Below the pieces are notes generated by a model. That model did not search any database. It worked only from the letters and a program-made list of their open reading frames with translations, and was not told the origin of the DNA. Below, piece by piece: positions 59,222 to 64,000 of a stretch of DNA of 64,000 nt. Where the stretch lies: the IMG/VR virus record IMGVR_UViG_3300028804_000001, positions 96,001 through 160,000 of that record, one strand, 5' to 3'. The DNA comes from a virus (taxonomy: Duplodnaviria; Caudoviricetes). A program made the translations under genes and the position numbers. The stretch's first letter is position 1, and every line of letters starts with the position of its first letter.

Positions 59222-60381
59222 ACTCTGTAGCTAACTGTCTCCGGGAATGCAAAAACCTTTTCAATCTTTCTTGGATTATATACATTCTGTGTAAGCTTTC
59301 TACCATTAAGGCTTAAGCTATCGTATTCAACATTAGTAACACCAGTTGTATTATTGGTTACTAATGCTAGAATTCCCTGGAAGTCTAGTGGTGTTCCGCC
59401 TTGTACTAAGTTAACGGCAGTAACAAAGTTCCTTCTAAATATCTCTTTTACAGATGCAGTATCAGCATCTACAGCTACAGTAATCTTAAGACTTGCAACT
59501 ACCTTAGATTGTACAAAAGGCCTTACTCGTACATCTGTCCCATATGGTAAAATATTCTCGAGCTGAGCTCTTACTTCTTCAATAACAAGAGAATCTGTTT
59601 CTACATTTTTTGTTTCGATATAGATTACAAAGGATGTAGATGCGGGGTTAACAGTATCTATCTCGAATTTTCTAATCTCGAGATTATCCATTAGAGTATT
59701 AATCTTATTTAAGTTGCTGAGATTAACCGATCTAGCTTTCTCTTGTAAGATAAATCTATAGGTTTCTTCATCTGCAACTATGGATCCTGCAGATACTTGA
59801 ACCTCATTGGATGCTGCTAAAACAAGATCTCCTGCTAAGTTCTGATCTACTAGTGCGTTAGATCTTACATCAAATAAAGTTCCAGATATAGCACCAATGC
59901 CAAGGGTCAACGGTCCTGGTCTTACTGCTATAGCTTTAACATATACTTTAAAATCGTTGAGCTCTACAGTATGCAGAGTCCTCATAACAACATTTTTATT
60001 ACTATCGATTAGCTCTGTTCCCTTCTCTATGACAAGTGGCCCACCGTCTAAAGTAATTGAGGATCCTTTAGCTCTAGTAGAAGTAGATGGGGATTTTAAA
60101 AACAAAGATATAGTTTGTAAATCATCTACTTTAGCAAATGTAACTGCAGCTCTAGGTTCATCTAGTAATAGACCATAATTATCAAGGAAAGTATTTTCCG
60201 CGGTATCTATTCTAGTATTTCTCTCTAATGCATAGATATCAATATAATCGCTTTCCAAGAAACCAGTTTGAGAATCTACTATCTCCCTGGTAATTCCATC
60301 GGAAGTATCCAGCCCTTGAACACTAGCTGCTCTTATTAAAGAGGCTCTAATATCGTTACGTGATCTTTTAAAAACTATCAT
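59218..60381 (-). CDS. Baseplate J/gp47-like protein
   Basis: IDTAENTFLDNYG.LL..PR..A, IEKGT, A...G, DEETYR..L. Confidence 0.75.
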   Translation of the reverse strand: MIVFKRSRNDIRASLIRAASVQGLDTSDGITREIVDSQTGFLESDYIDIYALERNTRIDTAENTFLDNYGLLLDEPRAAVTFAKVDDLQTISLFLKSPSTSTRAKGSSITLDGGPLVIEKGTELIDSNKNVVMRTLHTVELNDFKVYVKAIAVRPGPLTLGIGAISGTLFDVRSNALVDQNLAGDLVLAASNEVQVSAGSIVADEETYRFILQEKARSVNLSNLNKINTLMDNLEIRKFEIDTVNPASTSFVIYIETKNVETDSLVIEEVRAQLENILPYGTDVRVRPFVQSKVVASLKITVAVDADTASVKEIFRRNFVTAVNLVQGGTPLDFQGILALVTNNTTGVTNVEYDSLSLNGRKLTQNVYNPRKIEKVFAFPETVSYRV

Positions 60382-61343
60382 TAGTCTGGATCGCCTTTAT
60401 ATCGTATTTTAGCATTATATGTACACTTATAAACTCCAGGATCTAGCGGAGTTGCAAGTAATGCAATGCTAATGGTTCTATTTACTTTAAGACCAAAAAC
60501 ATGTTCTACGTTTGGTTCCTGTACAAGTTCTGCACTAGAAGCATAGGTAGTTCCATTTGAAGCATGGACTCTAACTCGGGCAACGCTACCAGTAGGTGCA
60601 TCCTTTTTGAAATATATAAATGGAGTTCCATCTTCCATTGGAACTAGAGTTTCAACTCCAGGCCTATCATCAGAAGATCTTAGCTCAAGAACTTCTGATC
60701 CAGATAATACTGTTATTGAATCCACCACGAAGTCATTTGTATAGAAGTCTAAGATGTTATACTTTCTAACATTCTCTATCTTACTGATATTAATTTCGGC
60801 TGTATTAAATTCGGGAATTTGACTCTCTCCAAAAAACAGAATAGGACCAATCCCAGAATAGATAAACGTAAGAGGGACTCTAATGGCTCTATTTGTTACT
60901 ACTATCATCTCAGTTACTGCTCTAGTAGTTTGTGGGAACTCAGAAACAATGGGATTAAAATCATAAACAATCTGAAGCTGAGTTCCTTCTCTACCTAAGA
61001 ACTTAAGTTCTATCGGGTTATTTATACTCTGCCCTTCTGTGGTAGGAAGTCGTAGGGAAATACTAACACTCTCATCTGGGTTTCTTTTAGTAAGAATTTC
61101 TATTTGGGAAACTGGAAATGGAAGCTGTCTCGAGAGAACTGTTGTAAGATAATTTCTAAGAGCCGATTCTATCTCGACATTGTTTCTATATCTGTTTCCA
61201 ATGATAAGTTGAGAAGGCGACTCGACCATTGCCTTATAGATATCCTGGTTGATCCTGGATAAACCAGCAACGATACCCAGCTTTGAATTCTGGGTTATAA
61301 AGAAGTTACCGTTTGGCTTTATTGCTATATCTGGTAATGCCAC
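60381..61343 (-). CDS. Putative gp25-like baseplate protein
   Basis: DIAI..NG.F.....L..V.GL.RI.QDI N-terminus; position before baseplate J. Confidence 0.5.
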   Translation of the reverse strand: MALPDIAIKPNGNFFITQNSKLGIVAGLSRINQDIYKAMVESPSQLIIGNRYRNNVEIESALRNYLTTVLSRQLPFPVSQIEILTKRNPDESVSISLRLPTTEGQSINNPIELKFLGREGTQLQIVYDFNPIVSEFPQTTRAVTEMIVVTNRAIRVPLTFIYSGIGPILFFGESQIPEFNTAEINISKIENVRKYNILDFYTNDFVVDSITVLSGSEVLELRSSDDRPGVETLVPMEDGTPFIYFKKDAPTGSVARVRVHASNGTTYASSAELVQEPNVEHVFGLKVNRTISIALLATPLDPGVYKCTYNAKIRYKGDPD

Positions 61344-61344
61344 T

Positions 61345-62670
61345 TTACGTTCCTAAAATTGGGGGTCTGTTTCTAAGATCAAGAGGGGGCTGCAAAGGAG
61401 CATTGCCCGGTTTGATCATAGTATTCTTGGACCCATCTGCAAGAGATCCTCTTATTCTGCTATAGTCAAGAGGAGTTCCTTGCTTAGTATAATTTTCCAC
61501 AGCGGCTTTAGCTTTCATACCAGCCTCCGTGGCTATCTGATCAAATGCTTTGTTTCTAGCGGTAAGAGAAGCTCCCTTCTTCTTGAGCTCTGCTTCCTCT
61601 ACACTTACTAGTCTTTGAAGATTTCCAGCTTCTGTACCGTTTATCACTCCAACATCTTGAAGAACTGGAAGTAATGCTTTAATTCTTTCAGTCTTCTTAA
61701 GCTTATTTAAACGATCTTTATCAGTATACTGCGCCTGCTCTCCAATAAGAGTTTGAAGATCCTGATCTGTAAGCTCTTGACCATTTACCAATTTGGTAAT
61801 TGCTTCAACCTTTTCTTTTTCGCCAACGGAGTTAATTGCTCGCTGGAGATCCCTTAGATCCTTAAGTCCTTGTTTAGTAATCTTTGTAACTGCAAATAGC
61901 ATCCTTACAATACCAAACAAATATACAATCTCAGTTACCCAGGGGATATGTGTTGGGATAGGGGTAAAAACATTGGATTTGGGAACTGCATCGGCTACGA
62001 AAGTTTCCTGTGCCGGTAGTCCACCAAAGGTGGGATGGTTTCTTCCCCTATCTGCTCCTCTAGTATTGACTGAGTTTACTTGAGTTTGCAGCTGTCCGCG
62101 CTCTATAGCTACTACGTTTCCAGCCTTATCGAACTGAGTAATAGAACCAGTTTGGCTCTGATCAATTGCCATCCCAGAGCTCTTAGTAGTGAATGGTTGT
62201 TGGATAATAACCATTCCCTCTCTCTGGGTAAGACTTTTAGAAAGCTCCTCGAGCTTTCTCTTCTCATCGTTCATTGCAAGGCATACACCATTTAAGCCTT
62301 TGAGAAGAGCGTTCTTATCTACCTTACCAAGGAGATTAGCAGGAACTGCAAGGTTTTGAAATGATGGAGTGGATGGACCTGCTTTAATACGAAGTCCAGA
62401 ATTATCTCCACGTTGAAATGCATCGGCATTGGGCCATACAGCTTCCATCTGCCGGCCAGAAGATAAAGGAGTTACAATACCAGTGTTCTGATCCTCTAGC
62501 TGAACTCCTTTGATAATCTCTGGAGTGCCCTTGCTTGATTGAATTTGAATATCGGCAAATAGAACATCATTAACTCTATACGGGGACCCTGCAAGAGTTC
62601 CTCGTTTGCTAATAGGAGCAGACTGTTGTCCAACCTGCGAACCTGGTAAGTTATCTAAAGGTGTTCCCAT
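61345..62670 (-). CDS. Putative baseplate hub/spike-region protein
   Basis: Position in tail operon. Confidence 0.45.
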   Translation of the reverse strand: MGTPLDNLPGSQVGQQSAPISKRGTLAGSPYRVNDVLFADIQIQSSKGTPEIIKGVQLEDQNTGIVTPLSSGRQMEAVWPNADAFQRGDNSGLRIKAGPSTPSFQNLAVPANLLGKVDKNALLKGLNGVCLAMNDEKRKLEELSKSLTQREGMVIIQQPFTTKSSGMAIDQSQTGSITQFDKAGNVVAIERGQLQTQVNSVNTRGADRGRNHPTFGGLPAQETFVADAVPKSNVFTPIPTHIPWVTEIVYLFGIVRMLFAVTKITKQGLKDLRDLQRAINSVGEKEKVEAITKLVNGQELTDQDLQTLIGEQAQYTDKDRLNKLKKTERIKALLPVLQDVGVINGTEAGNLQRLVSVEEAELKKKGASLTARNKAFDQIATEAGMKAKAAVENYTKQGTPLDYSRIRGSLADGSKNTMIKPGNAPLQPPLDLRNRPPILGT

Positions 62671-63980
62671 TATTGACCTCCTGTCGTGTTAGGAAGAACT
62701 GTCCTAGGGGAATAGGATTGGTTATTTTGAATTCTTTCAATAAGACCACCACCAGGAGTAAAGATATCTTGGCGGACATTATCTTGCGCTATATTAAAGT
62801 CATTCATAGAACCATCAAGCTGATTTAGTTGATCAGTAATAGAAGAACCAAACTCTTCTTTAAAGGCATCAATGTTAGCACTGAATCTAGATTTGAGGAA
62901 CTGCTGAATAACTCCAATACCATCTTCAGTAGTTTGAATATGTTGTTTTTGCATACCATCAAGGTTAGCCACAAATGGCTCACCCTTGGCATATAGTCCA
63001 CTAATAGTTAGAGCATTCTGGCCATAGTAGTTACTTATAATAGCATTGAATGCATTTGCGGTTGGATCCCAGATATATTCTTTTGCTAGATCTAGTCCTT
63101 TATAGGCACCATATGCTCCAGCAAGTCCCTTAACTCCAAATGGTTGGAATGCTGTAGCAGTTTCAAATATTCCCCCTATGATTGAATTACCACCGAGGAA
63201 CTGAGCTGCCAAATGGCGAGCTTTTACGTTCACGGTAAGGAATGCCTGGCTGGCAGTTTCCATAAGTCTCTTTAGATCTGCTGGACTTATATTTCCATTA
63301 GCACTTCCGATCTCCTGTAGATATGATCTTATTAATCCGCCTTCAGCTGCTTCTAGAGATGCTGGAGGAGTTCCTTTTCCAGAAAGCATATTCCAGAATG
63401 CTTCCTCTACATCAGAAGCTTTTACTTGTCTTGATATACCACTAGTCTCAGAAGTAATAGCATTAAGTTTTTCACCAGTAGAAGCCTCTCTAATAACTCT
63501 TTGTATCTCATCAATCTTAGCTTTATCAACAGACTGATCAGTCACACTGGTTATTACACCTTCAAGAGAGTTAGCACCACCATTAAATGTGTCTCGTGCA
63601 GCAGCTTCTACTTTTCCTCTGGCGGCCGATTTTCCAATAGTAGTCTGATTAGCCTCGAGTTCCTTTGCAAACTCACTAACATATTTCTTCATAGAATCTA
63701 GATCAGTTATCTGTCTAGATTCCAATTTATCGAGTGTTGCTTTTATATGAATTTTGAGCTCGGTTGGACTTTCTTCTACTACTCTAGCAATATTAGATTC
63801 ATATGTAGTAGATAGTTTTGCAATTTCTTGTTCAACTCTTGCTCTAAGTGCAATATCCTCTATCTTAGCTGCCGAGCTGTTTAGTTCTACAACAAACTTA
63901 CCAAATGTGGACTCTGCGCTTATTGCTTTTGCTGCAACCCCTTCAGATGCTCTGATCCCTTTTCTTATATTAGAAATCAT
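62670..63980 (-). CDS. Helical tail-associated protein, probably 5'-truncated
   Basis: Frame stays open from ATG 63980 to the window edge; Ala-rich helical. Confidence 0.55.
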   Translation of the reverse strand: MISNIRKGIRASEGVAAKAISAESTFGKFVVELNSSAAKIEDIALRARVEQEIAKLSTTYESNIARVVEESPTELKIHIKATLDKLESRQITDLDSMKKYVSEFAKELEANQTTIGKSAARGKVEAAARDTFNGGANSLEGVITSVTDQSVDKAKIDEIQRVIREASTGEKLNAITSETSGISRQVKASDVEEAFWNMLSGKGTPPASLEAAEGGLIRSYLQEIGSANGNISPADLKRLMETASQAFLTVNVKARHLAAQFLGGNSIIGGIFETATAFQPFGVKGLAGAYGAYKGLDLAKEYIWDPTANAFNAIISNYYGQNALTISGLYAKGEPFVANLDGMQKQHIQTTEDGIGVIQQFLKSRFSANIDAFKEEFGSSITDQLNQLDGSMNDFNIAQDNVRQDIFTPGGGLIERIQNNQSYSPRTVLPNTTGGQ

Positions 63981-64000
63981 AGTAGGATCGTCGAGTGTTC

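Noticed and set aside
33702-63701. Numerous short + strand ORFs in the ORF track
   Set aside because: Antisense shadows of long minus-strand structural genes.
1-64000. Genome-wide TAG recoding (code 15)
   Set aside because: Genes tile completely in code 11, long ORFs have no internal TAG, and many genes end in TAG with the next gene packed right after.

Overview
This window looks like part of a large (jumbo-type) tailed phage genome, probably a myovirus. Several proteins (an SspB-like protein, the tail-fibre C-terminus and its chaperone, spirochaete-style lipoproteins) hint at a Leptospiraceae/spirochaete host, which is inference from recalled similarity. Positions 1-14.6 kb are an accessory region, mostly on the + strand: papain-like C1 peptidase, GGDEF-EAL c-di-GMP enzyme, SGNH hydrolase, dCMP deaminase, SspB-like ClpXP adaptor, GDP-fucose synthase, HTH protein, NYN nuclease and many small ORFs. 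Positions 14.6-64 kb are one tightly packed minus-strand operon. It runs from baseplate/tail genes through a 2717-aa tail fibre, a u-spanin candidate, and about 15 kb of glycan genes (rmlBACD, about 10 glycosyltransferases, 3 methyltransferases). The most striking element is a minus-strand cassette at 12.67-13.27 kb that the ORF track misses. A sigma70 promoter drives a near-leaderless peptidyl-tRNA-hydrolase (PTH2-like) gene interrupted by an in-frame TAG at codon 4 (ATG AAA CAC TAG). Eight nt after its stop codon lies an amber-suppressor tRNA(CUA), followed by two non-canonical tRNA-like RNAs. The rest of the window uses TAG as a normal stop, so this looks like a dedicated amber-readthrough-gated module rather than genome recoding.
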